Source: Promethearchaeum syntrophicum (lineage in GTDB: Archaea > Asgardarchaeota > Lokiarchaeia > Sigyniarchaeales > Promethearchaeaceae). From it: a DNA stretch of 32,000 nucleotides. Location of the stretch: assembly GCF_008000775.2 (NCBI RefSeq), contig NZ_CP042905.2, forward strand, positions 3,270,001 to 3,302,000, in the 5' to 3' direction. Below, in pieces: positions 1 through 8,757 of this stretch. The notes under the pieces were generated by a model, which was given only the letters and a program-made list of their open reading frames with translations, did not search any database and was not told the origin of the DNA. The position numbers and the translations under genes were made by a program. The first letter of the stretch is position 1. Each line of letters starts with the position of its first letter.

Positions 1-65
1 GAGCTATTCTTCTATTCGTTACTGCAGGGATTATAGGAGCTGCTATCGGCAAAAATAGTAAATAA
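1..65 (+). CDS. C-terminal end of a truncated protein with a hydrophobic tail (AILLFVTAGIIGAAIGKNSK*)
   Basis: Frame starting at base 3 translates to a transmembrane-like segment followed by a charged end and TAA at 63-65; 5' part is outside the window. Confidence 0.45.
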   Translation, partial: AILLFVTAGIIGAAIGKNSK

Positions 66-118
66 GCAAATAATTCAATCGTTAGTTTTTTTTATTCTTT
101 TTTTCTAATTTATTATGA

Positions 119-922
119 TTAAAGTAATAAACAAGCTTCAACTGCAAGCCAAAAAATTCTTTCCCTTAACGTCATACCAGCATATTTTTTTTCTAATTGG
201 AAGAAATTACTCCATTCATCCCCACTTACATCATCGCTTCCGTATAAAATTTGACCAATAATTACTCCCCGAAAATTTGCGACAGCAAAAAGAGCCGCCG
301 CCTCCATTTCAACAGTTGAACAACCTTCTTCTTTTCGTAGTGCAATTTTAGCTGGAGTTTCACGATAGAAGGCATCTGTGGTCCATGTTTTTGAAAGTAT
401 ATATTTTACGTTATGTTTCTTCAAAGTTTTTTCAATCGCTTCAATAGCTTTTGCGTTTGCTTCAACTTCCCTGGAAGGGGGGAGATAATGATATGACGTA
501 CCCTCATCTCTTACTGCGGAAACGGGAATAAGCAAAAAATCCTTTAAGCTTTTATCGAGTAAACCGGAGCTTCCACACACAATAAAATTCTTACAACCCA
601 AAGCAATTACATATTCGAAAAGAGCTGCAGATAATGGGGCACCCAGTCCACAATGAAACATTACAAACTTTCCTCCCTCGTTAATGACTTCATATATAGG
701 GTGTTCACCAATTTCACTATGTTCAATATCAATTACTCTTGCTTTTCCATCTTTTACTAATTTATCAATGATTTCTTGAAAGAAAGTTATAATACACGCC
801 TTGGGAATGTCAATCGGTTTAATTAATTCGCTAGGATTGAGTAAGGCTTTTTGGTTTGGATCGAATTCTAAAATAGGAAACTTTTTTTTTAACATTATGA
901 CCAATACATTAGAATTGAGCAA
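119..922 (-). CDS. Nucleoside phosphorylase (PNP/uridine phosphorylase superfamily)
   Basis: 267 aa ORF; motifs FIVCGSSGLL, CSTVEMEAAALFAVA, and RDEGTSYHY typical of the PNP/UDP superfamily. Confidence 0.85.
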   Translation of the reverse strand: MLNSNVLVIMLKKKFPILEFDPNQKALLNPSELIKPIDIPKACIITFFQEIIDKLVKDGKARVIDIEHSEIGEHPIYEVINEGGKFVMFHCGLGAPLSAALFEYVIALGCKNFIVCGSSGLLDKSLKDFLLIPVSAVRDEGTSYHYLPPSREVEANAKAIEAIEKTLKKHNVKYILSKTWTTDAFYRETPAKIALRKEEGCSTVEMEAAALFAVANFRGVIIGQILYGSDDVSGDEWSNFFQLEKKYAGMTLRERIFWLAVEACLLL

Positions 923-958
923 AAAAAATATAAATTTTACATTTTTCGATTTACAAAT

Positions 959-1654
959 TTAAGTTGTGGAATTAAGTGTCCAATTATATTGAAAGTATTT
1001 AATTTTTGCATGATCTAAGTTTTCAATTGGTCCTTTCCAATATTTTTTAATAAAAGGTACAATCCCGCCAGCCCATTTTTTAAAATCATTTTTATACCAT
1101 TTGAAAATCGGATTTAAACTAAGAATTTTTGAGGTCTCATCAAATTTAACTTGGGTGAGATTGTTCACAAAATTAAATGATACATTTTCTAATAATTCAT
1201 TTAAATTTTCTCCTTCAAATAAGCGTCCGTAAAGTACAGGACAACTTGAGGACCCACAATTAATTGCGAAATGAACACGGGGATCTTTAAACTTTCGTCT
1301 GATTATTTTCGTTTCTAGTGCTGATAAACTCATCGATTTTCCTGCAATTTTATATTTTCTTAGAACGAAAAATTTCATCCTACTAAATGTTGTTAAATTA
1401 CCTTTCCATTGTTTATTTTTCTTTAATACATCCATAACTGCTTTAATAGTGAAGAGATTATATGCATTTAACCAGAAAGCAAATTCATCATCATGAGAAA
1501 GCGCGCTCACATCCTTTGATTCAAACTCTTTGATTTTATCTAGAAACCAAGTATCATTTTTAATTCGATCATAGTCAACATTATGGTTTTCATCAAGATA
1601 ACGTCCCAATTGAGATAAATTAGAAACATCGTTCGTCGTTTTAGTTTTATTCAT
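959..1654 (-). CDS. DUF547-family protein
   Basis: 231 aa ORF with FAFWLNAYNLFTIKAVM and VHFAINCGSSSCPVL, characteristic of DUF547. Confidence 0.8.
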   Translation of the reverse strand: MNKTKTTNDVSNLSQLGRYLDENHNVDYDRIKNDTWFLDKIKEFESKDVSALSHDDEFAFWLNAYNLFTIKAVMDVLKKNKQWKGNLTTFSRMKFFVLRKYKIAGKSMSLSALETKIIRRKFKDPRVHFAINCGSSSCPVLYGRLFEGENLNELLENVSFNFVNNLTQVKFDETSKILSLNPIFKWYKNDFKKWAGGIVPFIKKYWKGPIENLDHAKIKYFQYNWTLNSTT

Positions 1655-1712
1655 ACTAATAAAGTAAAGTGAGATTTCAAAAATCCTTTGGCTAAATCAT
1701 ATAGGAGAATTA

Positions 1713-2924
1713 TCAAAAAAGAAGAATTTTAATAATTTTTGGCAAAATATACCAATTTCTAATAGTAAGACCCAAAGCAAATCGTATAAATTCACGATTA
1801 AAAAGTAATTTTCGAACTAATTTCAAGGGAAAATCCATATCGGCGTAATTTTCAACAATTTCCTGCAAATCTCTTGAATTCAAATACATACAAAAAATTT
1901 GATTAAAATCTTCGGATTTGAGTTCCATTAAAATTATCCTTATAAGAAAATGTAATCGCAACTCAGCCCCAATGCTACGTTTAACCAGTTTTTCATAGTT
2001 TTTCCTAAAAAAAAGTTTGGAAAAATCATTTTTCTTCAAAGATTTACTAATGGCAGGCGCCAAAATCTTTGCTGCGGAAATTAACATCACAATACCACCA
2101 CCTGTTGTACCTTTTACCATACATGCAGAATCACCTAATAAAACTGCATTTTTAAATGTAAAGGTTTTTGGATATCCGAAGGGTAGCGCGCCTCCTTGTC
2201 TAGATATTATTTGAGAGGGATCTGCACCAATTTTCTTGAGAAAAGAAGTAAACGCATTGTTAGGATGATCAAAAGTTGCCAGTCCAATTCGACATATCTC
2301 ATTTTCACCTTCTGGAACAATGTAACCGAATAATTCTTTCCATCTTTGATTAAAATACATAGCAGTCTTATCTAAATTATAATTAAATTTCACGCGCGCT
2401 TGGACAGCGGGAATCATTGTATTTTTTATTCCATAACGTTTTGCGACCTTTGAAAATGGACCATCTGCACCTACAATTATTTTTGCTACTATGCCGTGCT
2501 TTGAAGTTTTAATAAATATTTTATTTTTAGTTGTACTCCAATGTGAGAGATATTTCTCTCCTAAATAGTATTTCACGCCCATTTTTTGAGCTTTCTTTCC
2601 AAAAAACTTATCAAACTTTATTCGATCGATAATAACAGGATTTTCATTTCCGGATAATTCGATACTCTGATTATTTGGTGCAACTATCTTTGCAGTTTTA
2701 ACCCTGTTGAGAATTATTGATTTTGGAAATGTTGCTAAATTCAGAATTTTTTGGGAAATTATGCCTGCACATTGAAAAGGCAATCCGAGAATTTCATGTT
2801 CTTCAATTATACAGCATTTCACATTTTGTTCTGCTAAAAGACAAGCCAAATAGTTTCCCGCGATGCTACCACCAATAATACATACATCAATTTCAAAATC
2901 AACATTAAAATTTTGGCGCATCAT
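1713..2924 (-). CDS. Geranylgeranyl reductase-family FAD-dependent oxidoreductase
   Basis: 403 aa; N-terminal CIIGGSIAGNYLACLLAEQNVKCCIIEE Rossmann FAD motif, FQCAGIIS, VGADGPFSKVAKRYG, and AVLLGDSACMVKGTTGGGI. Confidence 0.85.
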   Translation of the reverse strand: MMRQNFNVDFEIDVCIIGGSIAGNYLACLLAEQNVKCCIIEEHEILGLPFQCAGIISQKILNLATFPKSIILNRVKTAKIVAPNNQSIELSGNENPVIIDRIKFDKFFGKKAQKMGVKYYLGEKYLSHWSTTKNKIFIKTSKHGIVAKIIVGADGPFSKVAKRYGIKNTMIPAVQARVKFNYNLDKTAMYFNQRWKELFGYIVPEGENEICRIGLATFDHPNNAFTSFLKKIGADPSQIISRQGGALPFGYPKTFTFKNAVLLGDSACMVKGTTGGGIVMLISAAKILAPAISKSLKKNDFSKLFFRKNYEKLVKRSIGAELRLHFLIRIILMELKSEDFNQIFCMYLNSRDLQEIVENYADMDFPLKLVRKLLFNREFIRFALGLTIRNWYILPKIIKILLF

Positions 2925-2960
2925 GATTATTAATGATTATTAACTAAATAAAATTAATCG

Positions 2961-3890
2961 ATGCTATTACTAGGCGAAGAACTTAATCAAAGGAAAAAAC
3001 CTTCTGAAAAACAAAAAAAAGTTGTTTCTCCATTTATTCCTCAATTTTCCATTCCTAAAGAGCCTGAAGAATCTTGTGATATTGAAGGTAGAGGAAAATA
3101 CTCTTCAAGAAATACTTTAAATAACCTAACTGGAACAGAATGGATAAAATTCACCCGATCATGGTTTGAACATCACCCCCCACCCCGTAATAAAAAGCAA
3201 AATGAACATCTTCATCCCGCCAAATTTCCCGAAGATTTGATTGCCAACTTCATTAATTTTTTTACAAAAGAAGGAATGTGGGTATTAGATCCTTTTGTTG
3301 GAACAGGTTCAACGCTAGTTGCTTGTGATCAGACTAAAAGAAATGGTATTGGAGTAGAACTGACAAAGAAATGGGCAGATATTGCTGCAAATCGAACAGA
3401 TCAATATGTAATATTAGGTGACTGCCGAGATTTAAAGGGTTATAATCTCCCGCTATTAGATTTTTCAATTTCCTCACCTCCTTATTGGGATATGTTAAGT
3501 CACTCACGAGGGGGTTCCAATAGTACTCAAAAAGATAGAATAAAAGCAGGATTTGATGCAAGTTTTTCAGATAATGATTTGGATTTAGCAAATATAGTAG
3601 GATATAAAGATTTTATGGAAGAACTACTTCAGATTTACAAAAATATCTTCGACCTACTCCGTCCTGGTAAATATTGCGCGGTCATCATGCAAAATACTCT
3701 AAAACAAAAACAACAATTCCATCCAGTAGCATGGGAATTTGCTCTAAAAATGAAGGGTTTTGGTTGGCAAATCTGTCAAGAATTTATTTGGTGCCAGCGA
3801 GATAAAAAATTAGGAATTTGGGGATACCCGAATACGTATATATCTAATGTACATCATCATTACATTCTAATTTTCAGAAAACCCAAATAA
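2961..3890 (+). CDS. DNA (amino-)methyltransferase, N4-cytosine/N6-adenine type
   Basis: SAM motif LDPFVGTGSTLVACDQTKRNGIGVE followed by catalytic FSISSPPYWDML; C-terminal HHHYILIFRK. Confidence 0.85.
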   Translation: MLLLGEELNQRKKPSEKQKKVVSPFIPQFSIPKEPEESCDIEGRGKYSSRNTLNNLTGTEWIKFTRSWFEHHPPPRNKKQNEHLHPAKFPEDLIANFINFFTKEGMWVLDPFVGTGSTLVACDQTKRNGIGVELTKKWADIAANRTDQYVILGDCRDLKGYNLPLLDFSISSPPYWDMLSHSRGGSNSTQKDRIKAGFDASFSDNDLDLANIVGYKDFMEELLQIYKNIFDLLRPGKYCAVIMQNTLKQKQQFHPVAWEFALKMKGFGWQICQEFIWCQRDKKLGIWGYPNTYISNVHHHYILIFRKPK

Positions 3891-3936
3891 GGTATAAATA
3901 CCCAGATTTTTTAAATTCAATATCCTATTTTATTGC

Positions 3937-4149
3937 ATGGTTGAAATTTCGCTCTCAAGTACAATCACATGTCCTCATTGTGGATCAACAGAAGAAATTC
4001 CCTTAACAGATAATTCGTGAGATCTTCGATTAATCTGTCGAAATTGTAATAAAGTGATCGAAGGGGGAGAAAACATTCATGGATGATCATGAGTGTTCTG
4101 TACCTACGGAAATTATCCATGATTGGCAATACAACGAAAAAATTTATAA
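3937..4149 (+). CDS. Putative selenoprotein with four in-frame TGA codons, GDCCVxC-like small Zn-ribbon family
   Basis: ATG 3937-3939; TGA at 4018-4020, 4084-4086, 4090-4092, 4120-4122; TAA at 4147-4149. Readthrough product retains TCPHCG, CRNC and VFCTYG on both sides of the TGAs. TCPHCG..(M)PTDAC..CxxC..GDCCVFCSYGxxPC is the family pattern as I recall it. Confidence 0.75.
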
Positions 4150-4160
4150 CGTGTTCCCTG

Positions 4161-4212
4161 TTGCAATGATATTTTTTTGAAACCTCTGGGAAAAAAAAGG
4201 AGCAGTTTGCAA
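4161..4212 (+). promoter_or_regulatory. Candidate 3'-UTR SECIS element for the upstream TGA-containing ORF
   Basis: TTGCAA (4161-4166) pairs with TTGCAA (4207-4212). Inner T7 (4172-4178) pairs with the A8 run (4191-4198), leaving GAAA-CC-TCTG-GG at the top. A GAA/A internal loop below a short GC stem resembles the archaeal SECIS architecture. Confidence 0.4.
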
Positions 4213-4270
4213 AAACTTGGGGATAGAGAATGAAAAAAAATAATAATATGAAAAAGGTGTAAGCTATATA

Positions 4271-4807
4271 ATGGTTTCAAGTCGAGAGTTATTTAAACAA
4301 GGATATAATGCATCTAATAACAAACAGTATGATAAAGCGAAGAAATTCTATAGAAATTGTTTGGAAATAGATCCTGATTACAGCATGGCCTGGAATAATT
4401 TAGGTTGGATCTTGTACGACCAAAATCAACAATTTAAAGAGGCAGAAAAATGCTACAACCAAGCCCTTAAAGCTGATAAGAAAAATTACTATGCATGGAA
4501 TAATCTCGGGATTCTTTTTTATCGGCATAAGAAAAAATTTAAGCAAGCTGAACGCTATTGGAAAAAATCGGTCAAATTATACCCGGATTTTAAAATGGCT
4601 TGGCAGAATTTAGGTGTTTTATATAAATTTCAATTGAGAAATCCAAAAAAATCAGATAATTGCTATCAACGGGTTACAGACCTAGATAAAAAAAATAAAT
4701 CTAATTCTGGAAATATTTCTGATATAATCCATTACAAATGTAAAGAATGTGGAAATCCTATGGAAAAAAATCAAATTATTTGTGAAAAATGTGGATTTTC
4801 TGAATAA
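4271..4807 (+). CDS. TPR-repeat protein with C-terminal zinc ribbon
   Basis: Repeats such as SMAWNNLGWILYDQNQQFKEAEKCYNQALKADKKNYYAWNNLG, then CKECGNPMEKNQIICEKCGF. Confidence 0.85.
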   Translation: MVSSRELFKQGYNASNNKQYDKAKKFYRNCLEIDPDYSMAWNNLGWILYDQNQQFKEAEKCYNQALKADKKNYYAWNNLGILFYRHKKKFKQAERYWKKSVKLYPDFKMAWQNLGVLYKFQLRNPKKSDNCYQRVTDLDKKNKSNSGNISDIIHYKCKECGNPMEKNQIICEKCGFSE

Positions 4808-4824
4808 TAGGAAAAAAAACCAAT

Positions 4825-7158
4825 TTAATTTTCTAAAACCGATTGAATTATCAGTAGAAGGTCTCCCATAGTATAAGGTTTTGGCAAGAAGGTATCGATT
4901 TTATTGATTTCACACTCTTCATTAAGCTTCTCAGAACCCATTCCGCTTGATAAGATATATTTTGTATTATAATCGAGTTTTTCTCTGATATTTCGGATAC
5001 ATTTAATACCACCTGTATGCGGCATTATATAGTCAACAATAAAAAGATCAATTCGTTTATTCCTTTTCAATATTTCATGGATATTTTTACATGAATTAGC
5101 TATTAATACATTATATCCAAATTTCTTTAGAATTTTTATAGTATATTCAAGAATTTCTTCGTTGTCGTCAATTACTAAAATGGTTTCATGAGCTTTAGAA
5201 TATATCAATTCTTCTTCTTTCGTTTTAGCAATTGGGCTCTCTGCTTTCTCATTAACAGGCAAAAATATCTTAAATCTGGTTCCACGATCGACTTCCGAGT
5301 AACATTGGATTGATCCATTATGTTGTTGAATAATATTATAAACAATAGAAAGCCCTAAACCGGTACCTTTACCATGGGGTTTTGTTGAATAATATGGTTC
5401 AAAAAGATGCTCTAATACTTCTTGAGACATACCTATTCCTGTATCTGTTATGGTTATACTTATATATTTTCCTGGAGTCAAATTTGCAAACATTTCACAA
5501 AATAAGTCATCAAGAATTACTTCATCTGTTTTAATTGATATTTTTCCACCATCTTGTAATGCATCTCGAGCATTTAAAACAAGGTTCATTATAACTTGTT
5601 GAATACTTGTGCTATTACCATAAATCGGATCCATATCTTCAGATAATTCAAGATTAATTTCAACCATTTTTGGAATTGAATGCTTCAAAATTGAATAAAT
5701 CTCTAATATCTCATCATTTATATTAATCGAAGAAAATTCTACATTATGTATCTTTGATAGTGTTAGTAATTGATGAGTTATCTCTGCTCCATGTTCTGCT
5801 GCAGATTTTATTTTAAATAGTGAATCCAATATCTCTTTATCTTTATCATTATTATTCTCAAATTCCAACAATATTAAATCAAGATGCCCGAAAACCGCTT
5901 GGAGTAAATTATTAAAATCATGGGCAATACCGCCAGCTAAATTTCCAATGGATTCCATTTTCTGAATTTTTAATAATTGTTTATTTTTCTCTTTAAGTCT
6001 TTTTTCAATTTCTTCCAGATTTGATATATCGCGAGATATAGCAATGAAACCAATGAGATTTTTTTTAGATGCATCATATTTTGGGGTAATGTTCACTAGA
6101 AAGGGAATCTGTTTACCATCTTTATTTTTTAAATGAATTTTAGCATTTCGTATTAGAACCCCTTTTTGATTTTTTTTCACCACTTTTTTTAAATCCTTAA
6201 GTTCTTTGAGATTAAACATATTTTGATATTTGTGATAGGATGGTTCGTTTACATGATATCCTAAAACTTTATAATGAGCTTCATTTGAATATGTACAGTT
6301 ACCTGATAGATCATATTCATAAATCCCTTCATCCATGGTTTCAACTAATTCTTGAAATCTCCCTTGACTCAGTTCAAGTTTTTCTTCAAGAGATTTTCTT
6401 AATCTTACTTTAGCATCATTAGAATTTTTAATAAGGGTTTCAATAATACGATTATCACGAGTAAAGGTGATTCCAGTTATCAGGGCTCCAACCGAAAATC
6501 CAATCATCATAGAACCCGGAAAAGTTTGTAGCAGTTTGAAGGCATAAATTATTGGTGAAATAATCCCAAAAATAATACCTCCAATTAATGTCCACATAGT
6601 TATTTTTTTTAATTCAGCGGGAGTTTTAAGAAAAATTTGAAGACAATAGTAAAAAAACAAAAAACATGTGAAAATACTTAAAATTATCATCCAAAAATCT
6701 AAAAATCCCGAAGTTAAAAAAGTTCCATGACCCGAAGGAAGAAAACGATCCAATACTGAACTTGGATTGAAAAGAGAAAGAATAGTTCCTCCAATAATCA
6801 CCCCCAATACAATCATTTTTTTTGCATCATAGAAATAATCAATATACAAATCCAAGCTGAGAGTAAAGAATACTGCGGTAATTAGAAGATAAATAAATGA
6901 AATTCTGAAAAGTATATGATCTAAAATTAAATATGCGATTCCAGCACTTAGACAATAAAATCCAAAAAAAATCCATGCAATCATTAGAAAAGAGATAATT
7001 TTATGCTTAAATTTTCTATTTTGAAAATAGAGAATAATAGAAGTGATTGTAAATAATAGAAATGAAAAGAAATGAGTAAAAATTTCAATATTCCAATTAA
7101 GTGAACTAATATCCATTAACAAATAATTTAAATTTTTGATGTTAATAAAACTAGACAT
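4825..7158 (-). CDS. Membrane hybrid sensor histidine kinase (multi-TM sensor, PAS, HisKA, HATPase, C-terminal receiver)
   Basis: Multiple N-terminal TM helices; PAS region; H-box GGIAHDFNNLLQAV; N-box NLVLNARDAL; G-boxes DTGIGM and GKGTGLGLS; receiver domain DLFIVDYIMPHTGG and LPKP. Confidence 0.93.
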   Translation of the reverse strand: MSSFINIKNLNYLLMDISSLNWNIEIFTHFFSFLLFTITSIILYFQNRKFKHKIISFLMIAWIFFGFYCLSAGIAYLILDHILFRISFIYLLITAVFFTLSLDLYIDYFYDAKKMIVLGVIIGGTILSLFNPSSVLDRFLPSGHGTFLTSGFLDFWMIILSIFTCFLFFYYCLQIFLKTPAELKKITMWTLIGGIIFGIISPIIYAFKLLQTFPGSMMIGFSVGALITGITFTRDNRIIETLIKNSNDAKVRLRKSLEEKLELSQGRFQELVETMDEGIYEYDLSGNCTYSNEAHYKVLGYHVNEPSYHKYQNMFNLKELKDLKKVVKKNQKGVLIRNAKIHLKNKDGKQIPFLVNITPKYDASKKNLIGFIAISRDISNLEEIEKRLKEKNKQLLKIQKMESIGNLAGGIAHDFNNLLQAVFGHLDLILLEFENNNDKDKEILDSLFKIKSAAEHGAEITHQLLTLSKIHNVEFSSININDEILEIYSILKHSIPKMVEINLELSEDMDPIYGNSTSIQQVIMNLVLNARDALQDGGKISIKTDEVILDDLFCEMFANLTPGKYISITITDTGIGMSQEVLEHLFEPYYSTKPHGKGTGLGLSIVYNIIQQHNGSIQCYSEVDRGTRFKIFLPVNEKAESPIAKTKEEELIYSKAHETILVIDDNEEILEYTIKILKKFGYNVLIANSCKNIHEILKRNKRIDLFIVDYIMPHTGGIKCIRNIREKLDYNTKYILSSGMGSEKLNEECEINKIDTFLPKPYTMGDLLLIIQSVLEN

Positions 7159-7252
7159 TTAAAACTCCCTCCAAAATTGTTTTTGGAAAGAACTTTAGAA
7201 AAAAACCATAGAAATAAGAGAATAACTACACATGAGTATTAAAATAAGACAT

Positions 7253-7624
7253 TTACTCTGTTTTTGGATTTCTAGTCTGTTCAATAAAATTTATGATAAT
7301 TTCATCGATGTTTGGATAAAAACCAACGATTCTATCTTCCTGTTTATTCTCGCTTTGGAAGACTACACGCTTTCCATCTACGAAAAACATCATTGTTGGG
7401 ATCGACATGATTTGTAACCCTTGGGCAAACTCTTGGTTTTTGTCAATGTCTATTTTCACTATTGCTACATCTTCATCCTTTTCAAATACGGGAACTACTT
7501 TCGATTCCAAGACCTTTGCTATACTTTTGCATGGTCCACACCAATCTGCAAAACAATCGACTATAACGATTTTTTTCTCTTGAATTATTTTTTCAAGTTC
7601 TACTTGAGTGACAACTTTTACCAT
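7253..7624 (-). CDS. Thioredoxin
   Basis: VDCFADWCGPCKSIAKVLE and SIPTMMFFVDG. Confidence 0.95.
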   Translation of the reverse strand: MVKVVTQVELEKIIQEKKIVIVDCFADWCGPCKSIAKVLESKVVPVFEKDEDVAIVKIDIDKNQEFAQGLQIMSIPTMMFFVDGKRVVFQSENKQEDRIVGFYPNIDEIIINFIEQTRNPKTE

Positions 7625-7751
7625 TAAAATTCACTTGTAATTTTATTATTTTCTTTTTTCCTTTTAATTTTATTATTAAAATTAAAAACTCGATTGGAGT
7701 AAATAATGAAAAAATATAGGAAAAAGCAAAAAATTTCTTAAAAGAATGTAA

Positions 7752-8744
7752 CTATTTATAAGATTCAATCCCTTTTTTACGACACCAAACAATATGTCCC
7801 TCAGAAATATTTATTTCTTCAGGAATCTCTTCATTACAGACAGTTGTGATGCCTTGTTGGAAAAGAGGACAGCGCGGATGAAAAGTACAACCTTCCGGAG
7901 GATTCACTGGAGAAGGAATTTCACCTTCTAAAATCTGTTCTTCATGTTTTTCTTCTATATTTATAACAGGTCGAGAAGATAAAAGTGCTCTTGTGTATGG
8001 ATGAATGGGATTATCGAAAATATTTTTAACAGATCCTGTTTCCACAAATTTTCCAAGATACATGACCGCAATTCTATCTGCAATATATCTAACGACACTC
8101 AAATCATGAGTTATGAATATATAAGAAAAATTGAACTGTCGTTGCAATTTTTTCAAGAGATTTAAAATTTGGGCTTGAACAGAGACATCTAGCGCTGAGG
8201 TTGGTTCATCCAAAATAATAATTTCAGGATTAAGAGCTAATGCCCTAGCAATCACAATTCTTTGTTTCTGACCCCCAGAAAATTCATGAGGATATCTATC
8301 AAGATGTTCTTTTTTCATGGAAACTATTTGAAGTAATTTATAAGCTCTCGAACGTAATTCAACAGTGTTTGTAATCCCTTCTAAAATACGAATTGGTTCG
8401 GAAATTAGATCTACAATCTTCATTCGGGGATTTAAAGATGAATCAGGATCTTGAAATACTAATTGAATCTTTCTACGCAATCCTCTTGGAAGATCTTTTG
8501 ATATATCATTATCCTTATAAATTATTTCTCCTTCAGTAGGGGACACCAAATGTAAAATTGTTTTTCCTATTGTTGTTTTTCCACATCCACTCTCTCCCAC
8601 CAACCCTAATGTCTCACCATATTTGAGATTGAATGAAACATCATTAACTGCTTTTAGATCATTGACATGTCTTTTAAACAAGCCACCTAATACAGGATAA
8701 AAGGTTTTTAAATTTTTTACTTTTAATATAATATCTGAATTCAT
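7752..8744 (-). CDS. oppF: Dipeptide/oligopeptide ABC transporter ATP-binding protein (OppF-type)
   Basis: Walker A GESGCGKT, signature FSGGQKQR, Walker B IIILDEPTSALD, C-terminal PEGCTFHPRCP. Confidence 0.93.
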   Translation of the reverse strand: MNSDIILKVKNLKTFYPVLGGLFKRHVNDLKAVNDVSFNLKYGETLGLVGESGCGKTTIGKTILHLVSPTEGEIIYKDNDISKDLPRGLRRKIQLVFQDPDSSLNPRMKIVDLISEPIRILEGITNTVELRSRAYKLLQIVSMKKEHLDRYPHEFSGGQKQRIVIARALALNPEIIILDEPTSALDVSVQAQILNLLKKLQRQFNFSYIFITHDLSVVRYIADRIAVMYLGKFVETGSVKNIFDNPIHPYTRALLSSRPVINIEEKHEEQILEGEIPSPVNPPEGCTFHPRCPLFQQGITTVCNEEIPEEINISEGHIVWCRKKGIESYK

Positions 8745-8757
8745 TTTCTTATCTCCT

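Noticed and set aside
2017-2214. 65 aa plus-strand ORF in the track
   Set aside because: Lies wholly antisense to the FAD oxidoreductase coding sequence.
3334-3591. 85 aa minus-strand ORF
   Set aside because: Antisense to the strongly supported methyltransferase gene.
4018-4122. Genome-wide TGA reassignment as the explanation for in-frame TGAs
   Set aside because: Other genes in the window terminate with TGA (for example the JAMM gene at 20004-20006), and no other long ORF needs TGA readthrough.
7232-7627. Two plus-strand ORFs (7232..7417, 7421..7627)
   Set aside because: Antisense to the thioredoxin gene; no recognisable product.
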